Positions 8,879 to 18,858 of a stretch of 64,000 nt of DNA are shown here, piece by piece. The stretch covers positions 55,938 to 119,937 of the forward strand of contig JAYENL010000314.1 in the NCBI GenBank assembly GCA_034722055.1, given 5' to 3'. A program made the translations under genes and the position numbers. The notes below the pieces were generated by a model that saw only the letters and a program-made list of their open reading frames with translations, was not told the origin of the DNA and ran no database searches. Source of the stretch: Armatimonadota bacterium. GTDB taxonomy: Bacteria; Armatimonadota; Zipacnadia; Zipacnadales; UBA5352. The stretch's first letter is position 1, and every line of letters begins with the position of its first letter.

Positions 8879-10033
8879 ATGATCGCACCGCACGGTGGAG
8901 AGCTCGTCAACAGCGTGCTGGAGGGGGAGGCCCTGGAGGAGGCGCGCGCCAGGGCGGCGGAGTTGCCGACGCTGGTGGTGCCGGAGGAGGCCATCAGTGA
9001 TGTCCGCAACCTGGCGCGCGGAGTCTTCAGCCCCCTGCAGGGCTTCGTGACACGGGAGCAGTTCCTCGGGATCGTCAACGACGAGCGTCTGCCGGACGGC
9101 ACCATCTTCCCCATCCCCATCTTCCTCACAGTCGATGATCCGGATCAGGTGCAGGGGGGCGGTGAGGTCGCCCTGGTGAGCGAGGCCGACCCGGACACGC
9201 CGGTGGCCCTCATGACGGTGCAGGAGGTCTTCGAGTGGGATAAGTCCGCCGCGGCGGCGGCGGTGTTCGGGACCGACGACATGGCACACCCCGGCGTGGC
9301 GGGCTACCACGCTCGCGGCGACTATATGGTGGGCGGCACGGTGGAGCTGCTGCACAACGGTCGCGGCCCCTTTGCCGAGGTGAACCTCTTCCCGGCGGAG
9401 ACCCGGGAGCTGTTCGCCGATCGCCGGTGGCGGACCGTCTGTGCCTTCCAGACCCGGAACGTGCCGCACGTGGGCCACGAGGAGCTGCAGAAGACCGTGC
9501 TGGGGCTGGTTGACGGCCTCATGATCCAGCCGGTCATCGGGAAGAAGAAGACGGGTGACTACCAGGACGAGGTCATCATCGCGGCCTACCAGGCGCTGAT
9601 CGCGAGCTACTTCCACCCCGACCACGTGCTGTTGAACATCCTCCCCACCGAGATGCGCTACGCCGGCCCCAGGGAGGCCATCCTGCACGGGATCATGCGC
9701 AAGAACTACGGCTGCACACACATCATCATCGGCCGCGACCACGCCGGCGTGGGGGACTACTACGGCGAAGAGGAGGCCATTGAGAAGTTCGAGGCCATGG
9801 CCGATGAGCTGGAGATCCAGCCCATCACCATCCGCGGGGACTTCTGGTACTGCCGCACCTGCGGCAGGGTCGCCTCCAGCCGTACCTGCCCCCATGAGGG
9901 CGAGGCGCGCCTGTCGTTCAGCGGGACCGAGATACGGGCGATGATCAGCGAGGGCACACCGCCGCGGCCGGAGGTCATGCGGGCGGAGGTCTTCGAGGTC
10001 ATCGAGCAGTTTGACCAGCCGTTCGTGTCGTAG
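8879..10033 (+). CDS. sat: Sulfate adenylyltransferase (ATP sulfurylase)
   Basis: MIAPHGGELV, FSPLQGF, AFQTRNVPHVGHE, RYAGPREAILH, GRDHAGVG, Zn-binding CxxC...CPH. Confidence 0.97.
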   Translation: MIAPHGGELVNSVLEGEALEEARARAAELPTLVVPEEAISDVRNLARGVFSPLQGFVTREQFLGIVNDERLPDGTIFPIPIFLTVDDPDQVQGGGEVALVSEADPDTPVALMTVQEVFEWDKSAAAAAVFGTDDMAHPGVAGYHARGDYMVGGTVELLHNGRGPFAEVNLFPAETRELFADRRWRTVCAFQTRNVPHVGHEELQKTVLGLVDGLMIQPVIGKKKTGDYQDEVIIAAYQALIASYFHPDHVLLNILPTEMRYAGPREAILHGIMRKNYGCTHIIIGRDHAGVGDYYGEEEAIEKFEAMADELEIQPITIRGDFWYCRTCGRVASSRTCPHEGEARLSFSGTEIRAMISEGTPPRPEVMRAEVFEVIEQFDQPFVS

Positions 10034-10061
10034 CCGAATCCGGGCGGACGAGGAGAGCATC

Positions 10062-10619
10062 ATGCAGAGCGGAGTCGTCATCTGGTTCACGGGCATTCCG
10101 GCCTCTGGCAAGTCCACGCTGGCCACGGCGGTGCAGGAGCGGCTGGAGGCCATGGGCCTGCCGGTCGAGAACCTCGACGCCGACGAGGTGCGGGCCAACC
10201 TCAGCCCCAACCTGGGCTACACGGAGGAGGCCCGCGACGAGAACACCAAGCGCCTGGCGTGGTTCGCGCAGAAGCTGGCGGGGTACGGGGCGAACGTGAT
10301 GATCGCGGCGGTGGCCCCCAAGCGCCGCTACCGGGCCCGCGGCCGCCAGTGGTGCGACAGGTTCGTGGAGGTCTACGTGGAGTGCCCGCTGGAGGTGTGC
10401 CAGCAGCGCGATCCCAAGGGCCTCTACGCCCGCGCCGCGCGCGGCGAGGTCAGCGACATCGCCGGCCTGCACCAGCCCTACGAGGCGCCGGAGGCCCCGG
10501 AGGTGCACGTGACGACCTCCGAGTCCACCATCGAGGAGTGCACCGACGCCGTGATGGCCGCGCTGGCGGAGCTGGGCCATCTGTCCCTGGAGCCGGCCAT
10601 GAGGCAGGCGAGCGAGTGA
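10062..10619 (+). CDS. cysC: Adenylyl-sulfate (APS) kinase
   Basis: WFTGIPASGKST P-loop, LDADEVR, RDPKGLY, PYEAP. Confidence 0.95.
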   Translation: MQSGVVIWFTGIPASGKSTLATAVQERLEAMGLPVENLDADEVRANLSPNLGYTEEARDENTKRLAWFAQKLAGYGANVMIAAVAPKRRYRARGRQWCDRFVEVYVECPLEVCQQRDPKGLYARAARGEVSDIAGLHQPYEAPEAPEVHVTTSESTIEECTDAVMAALAELGHLSLEPAMRQASE

Positions 10620-10620
10620 C

Positions 10621-11964
10621 ATGCTTCGCTGGTTCAGGCGCGGACCGCAGCGGAAGCTGGTCATCATCGGCCTCGACGGCGTCCCCCACTCCCTGCTCAC
10701 GGAGCTGATGGAGGCCGGTGAGATGCCCACGCTGGCCCAGATGGCGGGGTGCGGCGACCTCCGCCCCGCTCGCTCCACGCAGCCGACCGTCTCCTGCGCG
10801 GCGTGGACGTCCTTCGTCACCGGCGTGAACCCCGGCGTCCACGGCGTCTTCGGCTTCGTGGATCGCCGGCCCGGCTCCTACCAGCAGTACATCACCGGCG
10901 CGCCCCACGTGAAGTCGCCGCAACTGTGGCGGATGGTGGGTGAGCGCGACCACCGCGTCATCATCATGAACGTGCCGGTCACCTCTCCGCCACCGGAGGT
11001 CAACGGCCTCCTGGTGGGCGGCTTCCTGGCGCCGAAGCTGGAGGGCGCCACCCACCCGCCGGAGCTCGCCACTCGGCTGGAGCGCCTCGGCTACCGCATC
11101 GACATCGACCCCTGGCAGGCCCGGCAGTCCCTGGACCTGCTGCTGGAGGACCTCGACGCCACCCTCGCTGGGCGGGTCGCCGGGGCCACGGAGCTGCTCT
11201 CGCGTGAGCGGTGGTCCCTGGCGATGGTGCACATCATGGGGACCGATCGCATCAACCACTTCCTGTGGGCCAAGTGGGATGACAAAGACCCCCAGTACGC
11301 CCCGCGCTTCGTCGAGTACTACTCCAAGGTGGACGCCGCGGTGGCGCAGATCGCGGAGGCGGCGGGCGACGACGCGGAGTTGCTGCTGCTCAGCGACCAC
11401 GGCTTCACGCGCACGGTTCACGAGATCAACCTCGACGTGTGGCTGCGGGAGCGCGGCTACCTGAGCGTCCCGGTGTCGGAGGAGGCCGGCATTGGCGACG
11501 TGGATGAGCGGACGCGCGTCTTCTCGATGACCCCGGGGCGCATCTACGTCAACCTTCGCGGCCGCGAGCCGCAGGGCAGCGTCGAGCCGGGTGAGGAGTA
11601 TGACGCCTTGCGGGCGGAGGTGGCAGCGGAGCTGATGGAGCTGACCGACCCGGACTCAGGCCAGCCGGTGCTGCAGAGCGTGCAGCCGCGGGAGAAGCTG
11701 TTCTCGGGGGCGGCGCTGGAGCAGGCGCCGGACCTGCTGGCGATCCCCCGCGACGGCTACGATCTCAAGAGCGCGCTGGGCGGCGAGGAGCTGTTCACCT
11801 CCAGCCCCATCACCGGTATGCACACCTTCGACGACGCCTTCTGGCTGATCCGCGGCAGGCAGTTCGCGGACGGCACCCCGCGCGTGGAGGACGGCGCCCC
11901 AACCGCGCTGGCGCTGCTGGAGGAGGAGATCCCCGGGCACATCGAGGGCCGCCCCATGGCATGA
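10621..11964 (+). CDS. Alkaline phosphatase superfamily (nucleotide pyrophosphatase/phosphodiesterase-like) protein
   Basis: IIGLDG, PTVSCAAWTSFVTGVNPGVHGVFGF, DRINHF, LSDHGF, TGMH. Confidence 0.88.
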   Translation: MLRWFRRGPQRKLVIIGLDGVPHSLLTELMEAGEMPTLAQMAGCGDLRPARSTQPTVSCAAWTSFVTGVNPGVHGVFGFVDRRPGSYQQYITGAPHVKSPQLWRMVGERDHRVIIMNVPVTSPPPEVNGLLVGGFLAPKLEGATHPPELATRLERLGYRIDIDPWQARQSLDLLLEDLDATLAGRVAGATELLSRERWSLAMVHIMGTDRINHFLWAKWDDKDPQYAPRFVEYYSKVDAAVAQIAEAAGDDAELLLLSDHGFTRTVHEINLDVWLRERGYLSVPVSEEAGIGDVDERTRVFSMTPGRIYVNLRGREPQGSVEPGEEYDALRAEVAAELMELTDPDSGQPVLQSVQPREKLFSGAALEQAPDLLAIPRDGYDLKSALGGEELFTSSPITGMHTFDDAFWLIRGRQFADGTPRVEDGAPTALALLEEEIPGHIEGRPMA

Positions 11965-12079
11965 GTCATGGCGAACCGAACGCGCGCGGCCGCGACAGCA
12001 ACGGCCGTGGCGTGGCCAGAGACGCGCGCGGTGGCTGCGGTGAAACCTCGCGCGCCGCACGCAGCACCTCACGCCTCCC

Positions 12080-12370
12080 GCCAACGACTCGCGATGGCCG
12101 GGACGTCCCCGCGCAGGCCATCACCACGTCGGCCGCCCCGTCCTGATCGCTGCTGACCCAGCCCCAGCTCCCCACGCCGGCGGTGCAGTGCTTGACCGCC
12201 ATGTCCATGTCCAGCCACTGCGGCTGCTCCTGCTTGCCGGCCACGATGACGTTGACGTACTCGCGGCTGCGCAGGCAGTGGTCGGCCACCGACAGCAGCG
12301 TGTTGGCGTCCGGCGGCAGGTAGATGCGGATGACGTCGGCCTTCTTGTTGACTACGTGGTCGATGAAGGC
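12080..12370 (-). pseudogene. xfp: Internal fragment of xylulose-5-P/fructose-6-P phosphoketolase, frameshifted
   Basis: [77 protein letters not shown], then DVP only after a frame shift. About 95 aa of a roughly 800-aa enzyme; boundaries approximate. Confidence 0.85.
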
Positions 12371-12518
12371 GTTCGTCAGCGGCCATGGCGGCTACCTCCT
12401 CGAACGGCCTGACACACGTGCGGCCCTCTTTGCGCAGAAGAGGACATGGCCTCGGCAGTGACGAACCTGCGGGCGTTGGGCACATCCAGCACGCAGTAAC
12501 TCCTCGCGGGGAGGTCCT

Positions 12519-13595
12519 ATGATGGGCTATCACATCCAGCTTCCGGACGGGGCGTATCACGTCGTGACTGCGCTCGAGCACTGCGCCTGGCCGAACCTGA
12601 CGCCCATGCCGAACGGGGAGATCGGGGCGGTTATCTACAGCCACCCCAGCCATGGCTGGCACGAGGGCGATCCGGAGCTGTGGGTCAGCGCCGACGGCGG
12701 CTACACCTGGGCGCTGCGCAGCGAGGTCACCGAGCACGAGCCGCCGACGGTGCGCATGAACGTGGCGGCGGGCCTCAACGCCCAGGGCCACCTGGTGGCG
12801 CTGGTGAGCGGCTGGAGCCTGCAGGGGGAGGAGCGCGGCGGCCGCGGCCATGTCCTCAAGCCCTGGGTCTGCATCTCCACCGACGAGGGGCACACCTGGG
12901 AGCAGGTGGGCGAGGTGGCGCCGGCCGCCGGCGAGCTTCCCGGCTTCCAGGATGCGCCCACGCTGATCCCCTTCGGCGACGTCTGCCCTGCCGGCGACGA
13001 GGTCGTGGTGAGCTGCTACGGGTCCGCCGACTGGGAGACCGACAGCCGGCGCCACAGCGTCCTGCTGCGCAGCGCCGACGGCGGCCGCACCTGGGGCGAC
13101 GGCTCCATCATCGGCGAGGGCAACTACAACGAGACCGACATCCTGGTGCACAGCTCCGGGCGCTGGCTGGCGCTGTGCCGCACCTGGGGCGTGCGCACCG
13201 ACGAGCCCGGCGTGGTCCTGCCCGCGAACGTGCGCCTGTTCGTCTCCGAGGACAGGGGGCGCACCTGGCAGCCGAGCCACCACCTGGGGCTCCCCGGCCA
13301 GCACCCCGGGCACCTGCTGGAGCTGGGCGACGGGCGCGTCCTGGCCAGCTACGGGAGCCGCATCCCGCGCTTCCGCGGCGTCTGCGGTCGCATCAGTGAC
13401 GATGCGGGTGAGACCTGGTCCGCGCCCTTCGTGATCGTGGGCGGGCTGCTGGAGGGCGACCTGGGCTACCCCTCCAGCGTGCAGGTCGATGACGACGAGA
13501 TCGTCACCTGCTACTACTCCAACTGCTCGCCGTGGCACCAGCGCTATCACATGGGCGTGGTGCGGTGGAGCCTGGATGCCGTGCCGCTGGACTGA
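12519..13595 (+). CDS. Sialidase-family (BNR/Asp-box) beta-propeller protein, no obvious signal peptide
   Basis: Five Asp-boxes (SADGGYTW, STDEGHTW, SADGGRTW, SEDRGRTW, SDDAGETW) and DLGYPS. Confidence 0.85.
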   Translation: MMGYHIQLPDGAYHVVTALEHCAWPNLTPMPNGEIGAVIYSHPSHGWHEGDPELWVSADGGYTWALRSEVTEHEPPTVRMNVAAGLNAQGHLVALVSGWSLQGEERGGRGHVLKPWVCISTDEGHTWEQVGEVAPAAGELPGFQDAPTLIPFGDVCPAGDEVVVSCYGSADWETDSRRHSVLLRSADGGRTWGDGSIIGEGNYNETDILVHSSGRWLALCRTWGVRTDEPGVVLPANVRLFVSEDRGRTWQPSHHLGLPGQHPGHLLELGDGRVLASYGSRIPRFRGVCGRISDDAGETWSAPFVIVGGLLEGDLGYPSSVQVDDDEIVTCYYSNCSPWHQRYHMGVVRWSLDAVPLD

Positions 13596-13660
13596 ATGGC
13601 GGGGGAGAGGACACAACGGCGTCGCGCGTGAACCCGCCACGAATGGGGTCAGGCCGCGAT

Positions 13661-13755
13661 CCGTTCCGTGGCATGGGCACTCCTGCCCGTGCGCCGTTTC
13701 GTACGTGCGGGGCTTTCAACGGCCGACGGACAGGAGTGTCCGTCGCACGGAACGG
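13661..13755. repeat. Inverted pair of REP-like palindromes (REPIN-like)
   Basis: CCGTTCCGTGGCATGGGCACTCCTGCCCGTG (13661-13691) and an imperfect inverse CGACGGACAGGAGTGTCCGTCGCACGGAACGG (13724-13755), between convergent genes. Confidence 0.7.
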
Positions 13756-13915
13756 CTAACGATCGCGAGTGACGCTGCTCAGGATCGCTGGATGTGCGCG
13801 AACTCCCAGGTCTCCGTTGATTCGAGGGCGGCAAGGGCGGTTGTGGTAGAGCGGCAGGCGGCCCGGGTGCCCTCCTCCGAATTCCTCCCGCGCTGGGGCG
13901 TCGTGGGGCGGGACG

Positions 13916-14782
13916 CTACCCCGCGCCCTGCCACAGCCGCTGGAGGTGCCGGAGGCTGTGGTGCAGGGCGGCCTGTGTGCGCTCCATCGGGGCGTGCTCC
14001 ACGTTGATGACGTGCACGCGATCTACCTGCTGTCCCCTGGCGGCCTCCACGTACCGTTGCAGCGGGGCGTCGCCGGTGCCGAGCTGCACCGACAGGAAGG
14101 GGCGCTGACCGTCGGGGTCCGGCCGGTGGTCCTTCCAGCCGATGACCGGCACGCGGCCGGGATGGCGCTCCAGCAGCTCCCAGCCCGGCTGCTCGCAGGT
14201 GGTCATGTGGCCCGTGTTGAGCAGGATGCCGGCACGCTCGGAGGACAGCTCCTCCAGGTAGCGCTCGCAGTCGGCCACGCTCTCGATGACGCCGTGGTAG
14301 TGCGCATCGACGGCAAAGAGCATGTCGCCGAACTCCCCTGCCACGGCGTCCACGATCCGCGCCAGCCGGCGGATCTGCTCCAGCTTCTCCTCGGGGGTCA
14401 GCCCGGCCGCCTCGGCGCGGCCGCCCGAATGCCCCACATGCCGGCAGCCGAGGCCCTCGGCCGCCCGGCAGGCGTCGCGGAGGTGCGTCACGCTCTCGTC
14501 GAACGCGGCCTCGGAGGTCGGATCGACGCCTGAGCCGTAGAGGCCCACGATCTCCATGCCGGCCTCATCCGCGATGGACTTCACCAGGTCCAGATCCGAC
14601 TGTGCGAGGTCCAGCAGGCAGGCCTCGGGCGTCTCTTGCGCCGTGAGCGCCGGGCGGCCGGGGATGGACATGAGCATGACGCCCTCGAAGCCGGCGTCGC
14701 GCAGCACCTGCAGCGCCGCCGGCAGCGACATGGTGTCGCGGCCCTCGTAGGTCATGGCGTGGATGATGGCCGAGAAGCTCAC
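13916..14782 (-). CDS. Sugar phosphate isomerase/epimerase (xylose-isomerase-like TIM barrel)
   Basis: GTG overlaps the upstream stop; AGFEGVML, LLNTGHM, GWKDH, QLGTG, NVEH. Confidence 0.75.
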   Translation of the reverse strand: MSFSAIIHAMTYEGRDTMSLPAALQVLRDAGFEGVMLMSIPGRPALTAQETPEACLLDLAQSDLDLVKSIADEAGMEIVGLYGSGVDPTSEAAFDESVTHLRDACRAAEGLGCRHVGHSGGRAEAAGLTPEEKLEQIRRLARIVDAVAGEFGDMLFAVDAHYHGVIESVADCERYLEELSSERAGILLNTGHMTTCEQPGWELLERHPGRVPVIGWKDHRPDPDGQRPFLSVQLGTGDAPLQRYVEAARGQQVDRVHVINVEHAPMERTQAALHHSLRHLQRLWQGAG

Positions 14783-15735
14783 TGCGGAGCACCCTCTTCG
14801 CGGAGCCGATGGAGGATGGCCTCGCACAGCTCCATGGTGCGAACGGTGTCCTCGACAGGCGCGATGTCCTGCTCCTCACCGCGCACCGCCGCGAGGAAGT
14901 TGGCGACGTCGTCGTGGTAGCCCCACCAGTCGATCAGCCGCTGGGGATTCCACGTGCCCATCTGCATGCAGATGTCGTCGGCCTCCGGTCGATGGTAGCG
15001 CAGGTCGCCGTCGTGGGAGAAGACGGTGTGGCCGGCCCGGCCGGTGATCTCGAAGTAGATGAACTCATCGCCTGAGTCCATCTCCGACGTGACGTTCAGC
15101 GACGCCAGCGCGCCGCTGGCGAGGGTGATGGCCGCCACGTAGCCGCGAACGCCCTCCTGGGCCAGCGGCGTAGCCTGCACGCTTTTCCAGTCGCCCAGCA
15201 GATGCAGAATGGTGTCCACCGCATGCACGTTCTGGTCAGTGATTGCGCTGCTCCACGTCCTCCCGGCCATCAGCCCGTAGCGGAAGACCATGAGCGTCGG
15301 CGCCCCGAACTCGTCGGCCGTCAGGATCTCGCGGGTCCGCCGAACCGCAGGGGCGGACCGGAGGTTGAAGCCGACGTGGCAGACCACGCCGGCCTCATGC
15401 GCCGCCTCGGCCATCTCCCGCACCGGCGGGGATGACGAGGCCGCCGGCTTCTGCACGTAGAGTGGGAAGCCAGCGCGGAGCACGTCCAGGCCCACCTCGC
15501 ACTGCATCTGCGGCGGCCCGACGCAGAAGACAGCGTCGGGCCCCTCGCGCTGCAGCATCTCGCGGAAGTCCACGTAGACGCTCTCGAAGCCGTGGCGGTC
15601 CGCCGCTCGCCGGGCCCTCTCCTCCACCAGGTCGCAGACGGCCGCGAGCTGAACGTCATGGCGGCCAAGCTGCGGGAAGATGAACCGGCTGCTGAAGCTG
15701 CCGGCGCCGATGTAGGCGATGCGCAGGCTCATCAT
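14779..15735 (-). CDS. Gfo/Idh/MocA family oxidoreductase
   Basis: IAYIGAG Rossmann fold, YVQKP, VGFNLR, DQNVHAVD. Confidence 0.9.
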   Translation of the reverse strand: MMSLRIAYIGAGSFSSRFIFPQLGRHDVQLAAVCDLVEERARRAADRHGFESVYVDFREMLQREGPDAVFCVGPPQMQCEVGLDVLRAGFPLYVQKPAASSSPPVREMAEAAHEAGVVCHVGFNLRSAPAVRRTREILTADEFGAPTLMVFRYGLMAGRTWSSAITDQNVHAVDTILHLLGDWKSVQATPLAQEGVRGYVAAITLASGALASLNVTSEMDSGDEFIYFEITGRAGHTVFSHDGDLRYHRPEADDICMQMGTWNPQRLIDWWGYHDDVANFLAAVRGEEQDIAPVEDTVRTMELCEAILHRLREEGAPQ

Positions 15736-15742
15736 CAGTCCC

Positions 15743-16717
15743 TCACGGTGCGCTGGACTCCTCGGGGCCCGGGAACAGCTCGCACAGGGCCTCGTAGACG
15801 TCATCGGGCACGTCGGCGTCGGCGGCCTGGATGTTGTCCTCGAGCTGGCTCACCTTGGTGACGCCGCTGATGACCGACGTCAGGGCCGGATGCCGCAGGC
15901 ACCAGGCCATGGCGAGCTGCGCGGCGGTCAGACCCAGGTCGCCGGCCATCTCCTCCAGGCGCTTGGCCTTTCGCAGGATCTCGTCGGTCCAGTAGAGGTC
16001 CATCAGGATCTTATTCTGGGCCTCGTCGGCCGCGCGCGTGCCCTCCGGTGGCGGCTCGCCGGGCTCGTACTTGGCGGTCAGCACGCCGTGCGCCAGCGGC
16101 GAGAACACCACGTTGCCCAGGCCGTTGTGCAGGCAGGTGGGGAAGACCGCCTCCTCCGGCTCGCGCCACAGGAGGCTGTAGCGGGGCTGATTGGAGACCG
16201 GCGGGCGGCAGTTCATCATCTTCGCCAGGTCCACGGCCTCCTGGATCAGCTCCGCCGGCCACTCGCTGGTGCCCCAGTAGAGGATCTTGCCCTGCCGGGC
16301 GAGGTCCTCCATGATGCGGATGGTCTCCTCCAGCGGCGTCTCCGGGTCGGGCCGGTGGCACTGATACAGATCGATGTAGTCGGTCTGCAGGCGCCGCAGG
16401 GACGCGTCGCACTGCTCGAAGACGTGCTTGGCCGAGAGCCCGCTGTCGTTCGGCCCCTCGCCCATCGGCGCCCAGACCTTGGTGGCCAGCACGTAGTCGT
16501 CGCGATCATAGTCCTGCAGGATCTTGCCGAGCGCGATCTCGGCCTGGCCCCGGTTGTAGGCATTGGCGGTGTCGATCCAGTTGATGCCCCCGTCGAAGGC
16601 CACCTTCACGCACTCGGCGGCGGTCTCGTCATCGACGTGCATGCCGATGGTCAGGTAGCTGCCGAGGCCGATGGTGCTGAGCTTCACGCCCCACTTGCCC
16701 AGATTGCGGTACTCCAT
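15743..16717 (-). CDS. Aldo/keto reductase (Kv-beta-like)
   Basis: YRNLGKWG, IDTANAY, LATKV, DYIDLYQCHR, GKILYWGTSEW, FSPLAHG. Confidence 0.93.
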   Translation of the reverse strand: MEYRNLGKWGVKLSTIGLGSYLTIGMHVDDETAAECVKVAFDGGINWIDTANAYNRGQAEIALGKILQDYDRDDYVLATKVWAPMGEGPNDSGLSAKHVFEQCDASLRRLQTDYIDLYQCHRPDPETPLEETIRIMEDLARQGKILYWGTSEWPAELIQEAVDLAKMMNCRPPVSNQPRYSLLWREPEEAVFPTCLHNGLGNVVFSPLAHGVLTAKYEPGEPPPEGTRAADEAQNKILMDLYWTDEILRKAKRLEEMAGDLGLTAAQLAMAWCLRHPALTSVISGVTKVSQLEDNIQAADADVPDDVYEALCELFPGPEESSAP

Positions 16718-16789
16718 GCTCTACACCCTTTCTTGCCAACGGTGCGGTGGTGAGCAGCATTTCGTCGCACTGGTTGCCTCGTCCTCCGT

Positions 16790-17908
16790 TCAGCCGGGCG
16801 GGCCCACCTCCTGGAAGGGCGCGGGAGGCGCGCCGCAGTGCCTCCGGATGCGGTCCATGAACTTCCACAGCGCCCCGTAGTGGCAGATCGGGGGCAGACC
16901 GTGGTCCACGCTGGGGAAGTAGCCGCCGTGCTCCAGCATCTGCGGCACCTTGGCGTCCACCTCGGCGATGGCCGTCTCGCCCGTGGGATCGACCATGGCG
17001 TGCTTGTCCAGCCCGCCGCAGATGACGAAGCGCGGCAGCTCGCGGCGGATCTGCAGGATGTCGGAGCCGCCGTGGGTCGGCTCGAAGGCGTGGCACATGT
17101 TCACGCCCGCCTCCCACAGGCAATGCACCAGCTCGCTGACATCACCGTCGCAGTCAATGTCCACCACCGCGGCACCGACCTCGCGCGCGAAGTTGGCCAC
17201 CTCGCGGTAGTAGGGACCGCAGAACTCGGCGAAGGCCTCCGGTGAGATGAGCATCCCGCCGCGGTAGCACATGTCCTCCCAGCCGCAGATGGCGTCGATC
17301 TGGATGCGATCGGCCACCCACCGGGCCTGGTCGAGGAACAGGTCGGTCTGAGCGCGGTTGATCTCGTGGATCAGGTCGGGGTCGTCGTGCATCAGGTAGC
17401 TGATACGGTCGATCCCGAACCAGCTCCGCAGCCTCCCCCAGTAGCTGGGGCAGCTCACCGCCAGCGGCTCATCGGGCTGCTCGTCAGGAAGCTGCGGCCG
17501 GCCGCGGTCGGGGTGTGCCGGGTCCCAGCGCGGCCGCATCTGTAGCTCCCAGTCGCGGCGGTCCTCGAACATGTAGCTCTGGAACTGGGGCATCATATAG
17601 TGGTCGGGGTTGTCGGCCAGCTCCCGCGTCTCGGCCTTGTAGCAGCGCACCAGCACGTATCCGTCGCCGAGGTCGATGCGCTCCACCTCGAAGGCCGGCA
17701 CGAAGCCGGTGTGCAGCCCGATCTGGTGGTAGCCCTCCACCCCCCAGAACTCTTCGACGGACTCGAAGTCGCTGGGATAGCCCTCCTCGTGCTGCCACCG
17801 GGCGATGGTCTCGCGATGGGCGATGCCGATGCCGGGCGCCCACCAGTAGGGGACGTAGTCAGGCTCCTCGAACCTCGCCACCGCCAGGAAGCGCTCGCGG
17901 GTCGTCAC
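16790..17908 (-). CDS. Uroporphyrinogen decarboxylase (URO-D/MtaA-CmuA)-family protein
   Basis: MTTRERFLA, WEDMCYRGGMLISP, DCDGD, GGLDK, GGYFPSVDH. Confidence 0.85.
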   Translation of the reverse strand: MTTRERFLAVARFEEPDYVPYWWAPGIGIAHRETIARWQHEEGYPSDFESVEEFWGVEGYHQIGLHTGFVPAFEVERIDLGDGYVLVRCYKAETRELADNPDHYMMPQFQSYMFEDRRDWELQMRPRWDPAHPDRGRPQLPDEQPDEPLAVSCPSYWGRLRSWFGIDRISYLMHDDPDLIHEINRAQTDLFLDQARWVADRIQIDAICGWEDMCYRGGMLISPEAFAEFCGPYYREVANFAREVGAAVVDIDCDGDVSELVHCLWEAGVNMCHAFEPTHGGSDILQIRRELPRFVICGGLDKHAMVDPTGETAIAEVDAKVPQMLEHGGYFPSVDHGLPPICHYGALWKFMDRIRRHCGAPPAPFQEVGPPG

Positions 17909-18693
17909 CTGCGCCCCTCCAGGACTATCGTCTCGCCGGGCTGAGGCATGTGCGTGTCGGGGAAGATCTCTGTGGTCGCGGCGAGCACCTCCTCGCGATC
18001 CCCAGCGCCGATGTGCACGAGCGCCAGCATGGCGGCCCCCGCGTCGGCGGCGATGCGCGCGGACTGGAGGGCGCTGGAGTGACCGGCGCTGCTATCCGGG
18101 TCCGGATCGGTGAGGCCGGTCGAGCCCTCCATGACCAGCAGGTCCACGCTCCGGAAGAAGTCTGCCAGTTCGGGGAGGTAGGCGGTATCGCCTGAGATGC
18201 CGATCGTGGCCCCTGTCTGCGTGTCGCAAAGCCGGTACGCGAGGCCCTGCACCGGATGGCGGGTGGGAGCCGTCTGCACCTCCAGTTCGCCCACGCGGAG
18301 ACTCTCGCCGGGCTGCAGTGGCAGGACCTGCGGCCGGGCGCTGACGGACGCGAAGCGGTCGGCCTGCAGGTAGTCCAGGGCCAGGTCCACCACGCGCTCG
18401 ATGTCCTCGGCCGGGCCGGCGACGGCCAGTTCGGCGGCGTCCTCGAGTCGCGACGCCTGCATAGCCCGGTAGAACAGCACGCCGGCCAGGCCCATGTAGT
18501 GGTCGTGGTGGCAGTGGGTGATCAGCACATGCGAGAGGTCGGTGGCGTCTCGCTCGGACCGCCGCAGCATCGACAGGGCCGCGCACCAGCCGCAGTCGAT
18601 CAGCACATGCTCGTTGAGCAGGAAGCAGGCGGTGTCATCGTCCGCCGGCGGCGTGCAGCTTGCGGTTCCGATGAAGGTCAGCGTCGTCGGCAC
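17905..18693 (-). CDS. Metallo-beta-lactamase fold, RNase Z-like hydrolase
   Basis: FIGTAS, THCHHDH, ISGDT, GHSSA, LVHI. Confidence 0.8.
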   Translation of the reverse strand: MPTTLTFIGTASCTPPADDDTACFLLNEHVLIDCGWCAALSMLRRSERDATDLSHVLITHCHHDHYMGLAGVLFYRAMQASRLEDAAELAVAGPAEDIERVVDLALDYLQADRFASVSARPQVLPLQPGESLRVGELEVQTAPTRHPVQGLAYRLCDTQTGATIGISGDTAYLPELADFFRSVDLLVMEGSTGLTDPDPDSSAGHSSALQSARIAADAGAAMLALVHIGAGDREEVLAATTEIFPDTHMPQPGETIVLEGRR

Positions 18694-18768
18694 GGCGCGT
18701 CACCTCTCGTGTTCAGTGCCGGGAATTCGCTTACCTTGCCGCACCCGCCACGATGCCCGCGCCCACCA

Positions 18769-18843
18769 TGGAGTGGCCGCCGCGAGCGAGCGGGGCGCGG
18801 TCAGGAGCGGGAGCGAGTGACCGCGCAGGTTCCACCCCGGCCC
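18769..18843 (+). repeat. Compound GGAG-type REP-like element, copy 1
   Basis: TGGAGTGGCCGCCGCGAGCG...AGGTTCCACCCCGGCCC; related copies at 22553-22631 (+) and 22665-22747 (-). Confidence 0.75.
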
Positions 18844-18858
18844 GCGTCCTCCGAGCAG

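Noticed and set aside
17905..18693. Assignment as the bona fide tRNA-processing rnz
   Set aside because: Short, with no clear exosite arm, and embedded among metabolic genes; left as RNase Z-like
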